64,000 bases of DNA from Gnetum montanum (Eukaryota > Plantae > Gnetophyta): positions 296,584 to 360,583 of the forward strand of contig MNCI01002752.1 in the NCBI GenBank assembly GCA_015680685.1. Reading direction: 5' to 3'. The notes beneath the pieces were generated by a model. That model did no database searches. It saw only the letters and a program-made list of their open reading frames with translations, and was not told the DNA's origin. Positions 38,297 to 50,249 of the stretch are shown piece after piece. The number at the start of each line of letters is the position of its first letter. The stretch's first letter is position 1. The position numbers and the translations under genes are program-made.

Positions 38297-40802
38297 TAGA
38301 TCCTTGGGCCATTCCTTGCATTGGTTCGCCACTTCATCTGGGAGGGGGGCAAAGGGGGGGGGGGCAAATTACACTTGGTCCACTGGGAGCAGGTGGCGTG
38401 CCCCCAAAGCGCAGGTGGGTTGGGCGTCACGTCCTTCGAGGACGAGTTGCTGTTGGGGAAACAATGGCTCGTTCTCCGTTTCTCACACCCACATCGGGAC
38501 CTGGCCCCCTAGATCCGCATTATGAGCAGTAAGTATATCCGCTGGGAGACGGCGGCGTGGGACTCAAGGCCTTGGCAGACGCTGTCTCGGCATGCATGCG
38601 AGATGCAGGCCTTGGGGTGGGTAGATCTTGAGCCAAGAGCCATTATGACAGCCAAGTACCCCCGCAGCGATGGATGGCGGCGGATCTGGAAGGGACAGCT
38701 GCCTGAAAAAATCAAAATCTTCCTCTGGCTGTTGGAGCACGACGCATTGCCAGTACAGGCCCTACTGCAACGGTGTGGTTTGCTAGACAATGAGACTTGC
38801 CCAGCATATGACGCGGCCCCTGAAACGACACAACACTTCACACACAAATGCCCATGTATGCACGACACGTGGCACGCGGCGGCGGTGCACCCCCTCCCCC
38901 CCTGAGGCACCCCACGGGTGATGCTTGGCCCACGCTACTTCTATGGGTAGCATGGAAGGCGAGGAACAACACTGTTTTTCAGCAGCAGCAGCGCCCCCCT
39001 CCGCACTGACTGGTTCTGCAAGTCATTAATGCGTGGAAAGAAATCGAGGCAATAATGGGAACCATGCCCACGTTTAAGCTGGATTGTGTTGCCTTCCAGG
39101 TGGACGAGGCACTCTGGCAGATGGTGGTCCAGTGCGGTTGGGCTGACCCTCTGCAGTGGCTAGTCGGGGATCCTAATCTGGCCGACGACGCATTCTTTTC
39201 AAATTGGGTTAGTGATCGTACCTATTTCCAAGGGTGGGAGATCTGGGTCATAGAATCGGTGATTGCCAGCTGTCTGGGGGCCCCCATCACGGGAGAAATC
39301 ATTTTTCCCACCACCCACGGCCTCTAGGACGCTGAACTTTTCTTCACTAGGCTTGTCCCCAGGACTAGGAGCAGACAGGTGCCTAGATCTTCCTTGCCCC
39401 GCCTGTGGGCCCGCGGCGTAGATCTGGTGGACAGATTCTTCGTCCAGTTTGGCAACAGGTCCAAGCTGCAGGGCCTACACTTCACCTTCCTCCGTTGCCT
39501 TAAGTTGGGCTGCCCGGTCAACCTCCCCCGCTTTTTTAAGGCAACCCTTAGCCTCAAGCTTTGGGGTCGTCACTCTGGATTAATCTTGGCACTGTGGTGG
39601 GGGGCGGAGGGGGGGTAGCACCCATTGTTGTCTGCCCCCCCCATGGGGGGGGCTCCCCGGTGCGCCCACCCTAGGTTGCTTGGCGCTACGGCGGTGCCCG
39701 GTCTGGGGGGTGACTGGCCCCCCTGGGGGTCCACCGTTGCGTGGAGTCGAAGAACCCCACGGGGGCGGTGCCCCCCAAACACCTAGACATCTCGGTTTCC
39801 CCTCCCCTAGAGACCTCTAGCTAGGGAAACTGGAATGAAGAGCTTCTAAAGAGGGCAGCAGACGAAGCCAGGGAAGCAGAGAGGAAGGAATGGGAAGCTA
39901 AATGGAATGAAGCCCTCGCCTAGGCCTGCGCTGAACTAGAAGCTCAGTTTACTAAGCGTGAGCAGGAACGGGTGAGACAACAGGACCTCAGGGCAGAGGT
40001 TGCTTAGGCTCGCTTCATTGACAAAATCTGAGCTCGGGTAAGGGAGGAATTAACCCAGGAGGAAGAGACCCAGAGACAGCAGCAGTAGGCTGAGCAGGCG
40101 GAGCGTGACCGACTTCAGGAGGAGGAGGAACAGAGGCAGCAACAGCTAGACCGCGCCCACGAGCACAATACCAGATAGTGGCTGAGAGGGGGGCACTGCC
40201 TATACCTCACTCTTGGCATCAATTACGAAAGCTCATGGGATGAACTCAGATGATATATCCGCCGAACCTCAGCACGCTGCCACCCTGATGCCGAGGCCTC
40301 CCAAGCAGACAAAAGCAAATGGGAGGCGACCATGCAGGGCATCCAGCAGGCGGCTAGTTTTGTGGACACCAAGGATGATCGGAATACTCTTGATATCCTC
40401 CACGAGCTGGAGCGCTCCGACTGTGCCTGCCGACAGTTGCCAATGAACCCTTAGTGTGCGGGTGGACCTTGGGGGGGGGGGGGGGGCTTGCCCCCTTTTG
40501 GTTGGGTTGTTGCCCCCCCTGGTCTCTTTCCCCCGTCTGGTGTCTCTCGTGGGGGTGGGGGGGGGTGCCCCCCCCCTCTTTTTCGCTGAGGTTTCCTCTT
40601 GAGGGGAGTGCCCCCCCCTCGATCTCGCTGCTTTGATCTAGGGGGTGGGGGGGCGCCTCCTCCCATTCCCCTGTCTGGGGGGGGGCCCCCCCCCCCCCCC
40701 CCACTTGGAAGGGCCATTTCTGATGGCCCACCAATTGTAATCTCTTGTAACATATTTTGCGTTTTTTAGTTATAACATCCCGAATACTTTCTCAAAAAAA
40801 AA
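38297..40802 (+). mobile_element. 5'-truncated L1-clade LINE, J-domain family copy 3 (best preserved)
   Basis: RT C-terminal FIWEGG...KLHLVHWEQVACPQSAGGLGV, then zf-RVT WRRIWKGQLPEKIKIFLWLLEHDALPV...CP...ETTQHFTHKCP and WVAWKARNN. A PMD-like domain follows at 39055-39600, a coiled coil at about 39830-40170 and the J-domain at about 40195-40395 (HPD 40281-40289). The stop is at 40452-40454, followed by a GC-rich 3' UTR and poly-A at about 40794-40802. Confidence 0.93.
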
Positions 40803-41760
40803 TGATAGTTGTTTTTGTTGGTCTATATGCAAGTTAAGTTTCTAATGATTGATCAACTGTTTGGAAAAGAGAAAAAAAAGTTTGCCCTTGCTCTTTTAGC
40901 TAGCATGTTGGGAGCTTCAAGTGTTAACTCTTACTTCTTATGGATGGATGTTACACTTAAGTTCCATGTAACTATCCACAAAACTAATGATTGGGTAAGT
41001 TAACCTCATAATTATGGTCTAACACTCCCTTTAAAAGCATTGGTTTTGTTAATTGAGAATTTGTCAAGAATTTCGTGAGTGAATTAAAAAAAATAGATAT
41101 GCATTTTCATAGTTGCCAGTATGAATATATATAATAGTTTCATCAAACGTCTTTCTTCCCTTCACTTACAAATTTGAGAACAAACCTAGATTGGAAAGAA
41201 CAATTAAACTTCTTAGTAAGAACAATAGTATTAATACATCCTAATGAAAATAGCTTTTTTTGAAATACAATTCATAGGATCACTTTGGAGAGTTGGCAAA
41301 TCAAAAGAGACAAGTTGGTCAAGATTCAACTTACGAATTAGGGCTTATGATGGGGTTGTTGCAAGGGTTTTTTCCTCAAGATTCTTAATAGACAAATTTT
41401 TGTCCCTAACTTTTCTCTAAAGCTTTTTTTTTTTTCTAAAATTCATTTCCTTTCATGATCTTCGTATTCACTAATGTTGATTTTCAATAGACCATTATCA
41501 CTGAGAAATGAAGTGTTTGTGTTCTACAAGCCATAAAGTTCTTAAACTAATCCAGCATTCCTCTAACTCCTTCAAGCTTTTTGTTATTCCACTTCTAGTG
41601 CTTGAATATCCAATGTTTCTAGACCATCTAGCCTTGCTTCTAAAGCATACAATTTGATCATCTTAGTTTTGTTATGCAACTTAAAAATGTCTCTTTATCT
41701 ATGAAGTCATAATACTACTTAATGTCTACCATCATACTTTCTTTTCTTTAAAACTCTATA

Positions 41761-44700
41761 CGATAATTAAAAAGTCTAGGAATTTTTGCCACTTTAGGAA
41801 AAGTCACTGAATTTTTAATCATGAGAAAGTCACCAATTTAGCACAACTTTTTCAGTCAAATTTTGTGAAAAAGTAATAAAAAATGACAACTTTTTTTTGA
41901 AAAAAGTCTTTTTTGTTTTAGAAGAGGTCAAGGAAATTTGCATTAAAAAGAAAAAAAATAGTGAGATATGTACAAAAATGAGAAAACCATCTCATCAAGG
42001 TGGAGGTAAGACTTCCTGCCCTCAACCTAAGAACACAAAACCACCCCAAACTAAACACCCCTGACAATAACAACACCCTAACACCAAAACGCCAAACCTA
42101 CAACAACTGATGATTGTTAACTGGACTAGCACATGCACAATGCTAGCCCAAAAACCCTATACACAAGAGAAAAAACAAAGGTCATGGAGCCAATGGTAGC
42201 CTCGCACCCCATCCAATGACTACATGACCACTTTCCCAACCAAAACTAGAGCTACTTAGGCAACTACATGTAAGGACATGTAGCTTGTTCCTAGGCATGG
42301 ATATTATCCAACACCATCTAGTGCTACTTAGTATTAACATCATTGCAACTTGTTGAAACTCTTTAGCACCCTTAACATTTTGCATCTACTTTGCAACCGT
42401 ACCTTTTCCATTCGGATGTAGCCTCACAGTAGTTTGTCGAATATGTTAGTGGAGTGCCCTCCATAACGTTTGACCACAAATATCCATAACCTTGTATGGA
42501 CACTTTCCCTCCCGTAGCCATTGCTAAACCCCACTCTTATGCACACGATTGATATAGCACTGAAGCTTCACTGCCTGTTGTCATTCCTGCTCATGTTCCT
42601 CTAGCTCAAATTGCTCCCTTTATGCATTACACTTCTACTCTTGCAACAAATCTACCCTAACCTATTCCCACAGAGAATCCTCCAATGTAGCCCTTAGCAC
42701 CGACTACTTGAGATCCCATGCATGCTGCATCTCTTTTTCATGCTGCACAAATGTGTGCTCCACCGTGCTGGGTTTTCATGAAAACTTGCACTCTCAAGCC
42801 TTCCACTTGCTTCCCAAGTGTACCTCTCCACCCTCCTAGATGCATTTGCCATCTCTTCACCCACCTTGGCCTTTGAAATATGCATGCTTTCCCTAGCAAG
42901 GTTTACCTCCATCTCCAAAAGTGCATTTTGCACTTCCCCTCATTGAATCTCTTCCTAAGCAACCTATAGCCCCTTTTGGGCCACCTACCCTTCCTTCATC
43001 ATCAACCCACTAGCCCTCCTCTATGGCCCCTCATCCCTTGTTGTAGACAAAACCCTCACATCCACCACCGCAACTCCCCTCTATCGATTGTAGGTGAACT
43101 ATGGCTTTGACCATAGGGGCCTCGTCACAATTGAAGTCATTAATCTTCAAAGGGCAATCATTAATCCCAAATGCCAACCATGACAATGTAGTCTTAAGAA
43201 GCCTATGAAAAGCTCAAAAAATTGACTTATTAACCAAATTTCAAACATTTTAGAAAGGCAAAGTGAACCCCTTACAACTTCGACACATTTCTAGACTAGA
43301 TGAAGTAGTGGTCCACCAAATTCACCATTTCTTACCAAAACCTCTATAGCACCACTCTCAAGATTTTCCCACTTCCGCCATTTTTGGGATAGCCCCTGTA
43401 AAAAAAACATGAACATCTTGGAAATCCCAACCATGAGGGAGAATAATTTCCCCTGATGCCAGCACACCTAGACAATCAATTAGCATAGGTTTCATTAGCT
43501 CAATGTGGATCCCTCTAAATGTCATGGCATCTCCTTGCCAGTTACCAAAAAATGCATCATCAACTAGCTTAGGGTCCCCCTATACTAGCTGTAGCACATT
43601 CACCCAACCAACTCTTTGAACTAGTTTCCATAACTTGGCATTCTATTGAAACCCCTCACAAGAAGCTTTGAACATGGGCATCTGATTGATTGCAATAGTT
43701 GCCTCATAACAAAGTTTATGCCCCTAATTCACCAATTGTAATAGAGTTGGTAGTTGCTTTCCATGAAAAATCAATGCATTTTGGGCCTTCCAGGTCACCC
43801 AAAGTACCACAACATTCACTAAATCCCCATGGAGATCTTGCATATGTAGAGTATGTGAACACACTAACTCTTGCCAAACCTGAATTTGATAAAGAGACTT
43901 GTACACAAAGTGCTGAATAATTTTCTGAGGCCTACCTACAAGGTAGACATGTGTCCATCATGCCAAGGTCCTGACCCTGCAAAATAGCATGCACGAGCAA
44001 TGCATTTTGATTAATCAACCACAAAAAGACTTTAATCTTTTTAGGCAAGCGACCTTTCCACAGGATGCACCATCCTCTCATCGTTAGTAACTTCCATCTA
44101 ATGATAGCTTTGGGTGACTCCCCCATCATTCCTGCCACATTCATGTGCATAACATGTGCACATATTATTCTCCAAATAAGTGAGTCTATGGTTGGCTGTC
44201 CACAATGTATATTTTGATCTAATGATTTGTATTCATTGTGCTTGATCATGCCTCAGCTAAGTAATATGATTGACCATAGTTTGGTAATTCATTAGAACTA
44301 GATCTTGAGATTTCATTACCCCCAAGCTCCCCACCTCTTAGGGCTAAGAAATAGTGTTTCAATTAACTAGGTGCAACATTGACCCCGCTCAATCCCTATA
44401 ACATTAAGCCCACAAACGCCTTCCACCTAACAATACACCTACAAAGTATCCATGATAGTGATAAACAAGTATGGAGAAAGAGGGTCTCCCTGCCGCAATC
44501 CCCTCCTTGGGGAAGAAAACCCCCACAACTTATCCTCAATGTCAAAAGAATAGGCTCCCAAAGCCTGAATCTAAGTACATAAAGCAATGAACTTAGGGTC
44601 AAAACCCTTCCACATCATAATGTTAGCCAGGGTGTCCCAACTAATAGTATCGCAGTCCTTCTTATTGTTCAACTTTATGCACATTGCATGGTACCTAGAA

Positions 44701-47700
44701 CGGTGAATTGAATGCATCACCTCCTGGAGAAGGATAATCTAATCCTAAATGTATCACCCCCTAATGAACCCTACTTGGTTGTTCACAACCAACCTTGACA
44801 TCATTGGTGCAAGCCACCTGACTAGCATCTTTGTGAAGAGTTGAATTAGAGTATTACAAACCTTGATAGGATGGAACTGCAAAGGATCAAACAAATCGGC
44901 AACCTTAGGTAGAAGAACAATCCTAGAGCAAGTAATTTCATGCCAAACTCTTTGTCTTTACAGCATCTTGTTAAATGCCTCCAAACGGTTTGTCCTCAAC
45001 ACATCAATGAACTCTCTGAAGAATTCCACTAGCCACCCATCTGGCCCAGGAGCTCGATCTGACCTCATGGAGCTCAATGCGTCCTGGAACTCCTGCAAAG
45101 AGAAAGGTGCCAACAACATTTTGTTTTGCACCTCCTCCAACACTAACATCACAGGTACACAATGGGCAAAGTCCTATGATAAGCCTAAATACTAGCCCAG
45201 TAGTGATGCATGATCTGGGCCACATCTTAAGGAGTAGTCAAGAATGTCCATTAGTACAAAGTCTCAACTCCTTGGTTGCCTGATTAGCCCTGACCGTAAT
45301 GAAGAAGAACTTTGTATTTCTATTGCCCTCTCTCAACCAAGTAGCTTGAGCCTACTGCTTCCAGTAAATCTTTGCCTTAGCATCAAGGTCCTGTAGCTCT
45401 TTCAACACGCATTGCTCCTCCATCGTAACCTCTTCACCCTGCTCTTACCTATCTTGCAGCAATGTCAAATGAGAAAGTAGCTCTGACTACCACTTTTGGA
45501 ATGAGAACTTCTCCTCTACCTTGATAGACTGGATGGCTTGCTTAAGACAGGAAAGATCCATCTTCAAAAAATATCTAGGATTTGTGTGCTCATCATAATC
45601 CACCTAGATCCATTCCACTAGTGGCCTGAGTCAGGGTTTAACCAACCATGATCTATCAAATCTCAAAGACAAGGATCTTAGCCTAACCAACCTTCCTACC
45701 TGATAACATAAAGATTGATGGTCGAACACCAGCCTCTCTTTCCCCTCCACTTGTACATTAGAGTCCATCACAATTTGAGAATTAATCCAAATATGATCGA
45801 TTTAAGAAAGGACCAATGCTTTCCCTATATGCTAATTGCTCCAAGTGTACTAGCAACTAGTGAGCTCGACATCAATCAAATTGTGCTTCTGTAAGAACTC
45901 TAGAAACTATGAGCAACCTAATGGGTCAGCCATATCACTACTTGTTTTTTTCCTAGGCATATAAGCACTAATTAAAATTGTCAATCACAATCCATTAGCA
46001 TGCATCAACAAGCATGGCAATCCATTGGAGTTGTTGCAAACATTCCTACTAGTGAGCCAAATCCCTTCATTCGAGAGTAGAACTATAATACACCACTTAG
46101 CCGAATTGACCTGTCTAAATGGCTATTTAGCCAACATGACTACATCCCCCACTTTTCCACAAATAGGCACAAATTGAGTTTGCCATCCTACCCATTTTAG
46201 AAGATGGACTTCCATGGTCTACAACTTTGTCCCTTGTAGGCAAACAATGTCACATCCCTCCCATTGCATCATATCTCACAAGGTATTTCATTTATAGGGG
46301 GGTATCCTACCCCATACAATTCCATGAAAAAATCTTCATGGCTTACTAGGTGTACATTTCTTGTACAGCTCCTTCAAGGTATGCTATAATCTTAGATCAA
46401 TCTCTATCTACGTGATTTGACTACAAGCCATGGGTGAAAGTGGTCACCCATTCTAGCCTAGCTCTAGGGTTACAAAAAATTTCCCCTCCCAACAGCCCAT
46501 TGCACTTCTAAGATCTTGCCCATCTTAGGGAGTGGGGATCCCTACACAACCTTCATCCAGTCTCCAAGCAAAGAAAAATTCACCCCCACTGCCTTTTAAG
46601 GAGGGGTGGAAATATCCTCCCCCATCACCCCTCCTGGACTCTTAGGCCACAGCTCTAAAACTTCCAACACTAAAACTGATCCCCTAGAACCCTCAGGCAC
46701 TAAGGCACATTTTAGTTTCTCAATCCCTTTAGTCTAAATGGGCTCTCTCATTATGGTCCACTACTTCAAAGCAACAGCTCCCTTGGCTAGGAGCCTCTGC
46801 TTCATTGGTCAACCCCACCTCCCCACCTCCATCCATCCCCCTTGGTTCTAGTGGGGGGAGAGGGGGGGGGGGGGGNGGGGGAGTGGGGTGTTTGCATGAA
46901 TCCTATAAATCACTACCAAGTGGTTGCCTTTGCCACACACTGCACACTCAACAATAGAAACCTCTTCACGCATCCATGATGTACCTGCACCTAGATTCTC
47001 ATATTCCATGCATAAGGTCTCATTCCTTGACAACATTGCTAGGATTACCTCCTGCACCTAATCCTTCAACCCTAGTAGTCACCAAAAGAAGAATCAATTG
47101 TATCCCATATGTTTCCTAGATTTTGTATACTTGATAAATTTCACAAACTCTCCAAACAAACTTGTAAGAGATTTCAGGAACTTTGGTTCCCACCATTCCA
47201 AGGGGAGGTCCAGAGCCTAAATAGAAACTAGTGCCTAGGTGAAAAGGTCTGCATCCTAGTGGGCCCCTAGCCATCATGGCACAAGGGCCAACCCTCAGGC
47301 CCCATAAAACCATAGCCCTCCAAAAGCACCTTTTCCCTGTCTTTAGCTAATTAAAAAACAAACAAAAATTTTTCATCCACCAAACTATGGACTAATAACT
47401 TCTTCAATCCCAAGGTTGTGCCTCCCAATTGACATATAAGGTCCATCCTAGGACACACCCCTTCATAAACAAACTTGCCCAAGAGGCTGAGCTCTAGTAT
47501 TTGCAAACCTTCATTAGGTGGTTGTCCAACTTGCAAGTGCATATTCCCCCCTTCGCTAGAGCAAGCCTCAAATCTATCCACCCCTAGCTGCCTGCCACCC
47601 GTGGTAGAAAAATTAGCCCCAACCCCTACCAATCTACTATCACCCTCATCACATGTGACCTTGGCCCCATCAGACACCATGCTATTGCTCCTCCTACTGC

Positions 47701-48526
47701 ATCCCTTCAGGCCAAGTGCTCCTAGGTCTCCACTACCACCAAGCCCTCTTGGACCTTCGCGATCACCTACGATCCTTCCTACGCCTTTGAGTTCCCACCC
47801 ACTACTCCCATTTCAAAATCTCCTCCTTTATTTTCCAAAATTTACATAGAAAAAAATATAATAAGATATTTATAATTTATGTCAATTGAAAGAAAATAAA
47901 TTTAGAATTTATAAAACTTAATTAAATTAAAAAATTTAACAAAAATTAGTTAACAAGATTTTTCTTCTACTTTTCTAAGTCTCAAAGCACTTATAATGTA
48001 CAAATTAATCATTAGGATGATTTTTTAGTTGATCTTGTAAAATATGATGACTCTAACAGTGAGATTGATAATGATGATGATATTCCTAATCAAGATGTAG
48101 ATGACATGGCTAAAAAGAGCTAATATACCTTTTGATATGAATTTTAAAAAGGAGCCTTTGATAATTATGAATGAATATTTAGAAATAGAATAACATGCAA
48201 AAGCATTTGTAGCTATTATGATGGATATTGAAGAAATAATTCAAGAAGCATTTGGATACAGACCTTTAATAGTATTTAAATTTATGGTAATATAATTTGT
48301 AACTTGAAATGTTGCTTTTTTTTTCTATTAATATGTTTTGCATTTTTTATCTTTAATTGTATTATCTATGTCTATTATGCATATTTATATGATGTGTAGT
48401 ATGAAACCTCTAAAATATTGCCTTTTTAAACATGCTAACTTTTTCCTAAATGTTTACTAATTTTTTAAATTTTTTGACTTTTTTAGGAAGACAAAAAAAA
48501 TTATTTTATCGACTTTTTAATCACTA
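41761..48526. mobile_element. Non-autonomous hAT-type element interrupted by LINE copy 4
   Basis: Degenerate TIRs CGATAATTAAAAAGTC and CGACTTTTTAATCACTA, with subterminal AAAAGTC/GACTTTT repeats. The 8-bp flanks ACTCTATA and GCCCTATA differ only by transitions. Confidence 0.5.
41910..47830 (-). mobile_element. Near full-length L1-clade LINE, J-domain family copy 4 (degenerate, with an internal RT deletion)
   Basis: ORF1 has DUF4283-like LLGKFVYEG and the knuckle CAVCGKGNHL (about 46920-46950). ORF2 starts near 46339 with a frameshifted MKIF/SWNC and carries APE motifs. RT motifs are RAPGPDGWLVEFFREF and GLRQGDPLSPYLF, followed by zf-RVT WKGRLPKKIKVFLWLI. PMD-like GWVNVLQLV*GDPKLVDDAFFGNW...CLG and SKL*GVHFAFLKCLKFG follow, then a coiled coil and KCPYKVM...HIRQTTVRLHPN (42410-42418). 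Confidence 0.88.
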
Positions 48527-48539
48527 GCCCTATATCATG

Positions 48540-49470
48540 TTTTTGCTGCTTACCTCCATCAAGGATAATTTTTCTATAATCACTATAAGTTCTACTTTCT
48601 ATGCTATGAAGGTTTGCATACCAACATAATGTAGCATTGAGTCCATAAACAAATAAGCTCCCATTCTCATGATGGTGTGGTCATGAAGAAATTTTTCTCA
48701 AGAATGTTCAGCTAATACTTCACGTCCATCATGAGGTGAATCATTCTATTCCTTCAAAAACTATAGCCACACTTCCTTGTCTTGGAACTCATGGGCATAG
48801 AGAATTCTTAGATTATTTTGTGTTGCAAAATTTTTGTAAATGTTAATAATGATAATGTCACACCATATCGTAAGGCTTTGACTCTTATTTTTCATATCAA
48901 GCAAGGATGTGTTTATATCAAAATAAGAATTTTCTTGCATGTGGATTCCTCTTGATGGCTCCAAAGGTGCTTTTTCACTATATACTTGTGGAAGTATCAA
49001 GAGTGACTTCTTGTCATTTGCAAAGACTTTATGCTCTTTCTTCTTTGTCAATATTGTCAATCATGAGTTCTCCTCTCCTAATATTTATTATGGATGTATT
49101 CACAACTAGCACCTCTATCTTCCTCTTCTTTCGATTATCTCTTCTTGGGTTCCTTCTAACCCCTTCTTATGTTATTGTGGAGAAGGTAACCTTGATGGTC
49201 TTTATTCACATACATATAGTCCTAAACATGAGTTTCTTACAAGATTAATGACTTTGCTTGTTAGGTGAAAAATTGGAGTTAATGGACATGATTTGAGCTC
49301 ATGAGAAGATCCCACGAAAATCAAAAAATTTTCAAACCCTATTATCAACATTCTAAAAAAAATTGTGAGTTCATCATCAAGTACCTTACAACCATATGGC
49401 ACTTTATGATTACCATTCTGGCCTAACTGCACTTCACACCCCATTGATTTATGAGGTATAACAACATCAA
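48540..49470 (-). mobile_element. Highly degenerate Ty3/gypsy protease-RT remnant
   Basis: Decayed protease C-half-like and RT N-terminal-like translations in ORFs 49202-49480 and 48761-49060. The motifs are weak. Confidence 0.4.
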
Positions 49471-49472
49471 TG

Positions 49473-50100
49473 TGTAACACCCCATTCTAGGGTGCAACAA
49501 ATAACATCCAAAGTTCCCAAAATGCTGCATGAAATGCAAGGCTAAAAGTTTATTTTCCAAATAGTTCATCAATCTTCAAAAACTCAATCTTGCATTTTGA
49601 CCAACATTCACGATAATCAGTTTAACATAAAAAGAATAAAGCATAACCCAAACAATTATATAATGCAAACCTTGGCCCAATGATATAGCAAGAAGAGAGT
49701 GCCAATATGACAATTGACATCTCTCAATATACACTATGAATCTACGATGCAATACAAATGTCAAAACAACTAAACTTGGAAATATATCCATAGCCTTTTA
49801 GTTCAACTACAAGCAAATTAACTCAACCAATTCACCTTAGTAATCTTAAATTTTGCACAACCAAACATAAGCAATCATACAGAGAGTTTAATTGTAGGAT
49901 AACATAGTATTTATAAAACATATAAATTGCAATAGAAGAAAACTATAGTAGCAATGCTACTTTCTTTCTTGTAACAGTGATACAAAATCCTTAAATTTTT
50001 GTACAACATATACAAGAGCCAAAAACTGAAGATCAATATTAAAAAGTCATATTCCAAATCTTCTAACACATTGGCCACATATTGGATTTTCTAATGTGCA
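49473..50100 (-). mobile_element. LTR terminus fragment (TGTAACACCCC end)
   Basis: TGTAACACCCCA at 49473, the same terminus as at 57312. The right boundary is unknown. Confidence 0.4.
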
Positions 50101-50249
50101 CAAACAAATTTTCCTCATGAAATGAATAGTTGTAATATTTCCATATTTAGGTAATTATCAAAGAAAACAATTTTAGGTTCCTAAAATAGAGATAAATGTT
50201 ATTTAATTTGCACAAAACACCATATAATTGAAGAGGTATTAGTATTTTC

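Noticed and set aside
40195-40454. Annotating the J-domain as a host DnaJ gene or processed pseudogene
   Set aside because: It occurs at the same position in four LINE copies, inside their poly-A/TSD boundaries and downstream of zf-RVT, so it is part of the element.
40354-40753. Pro/Gly-rich ORFs on the minus strand
   Set aside because: They are antisense translations of G/C homopolymer runs in the LINE 3' UTR.
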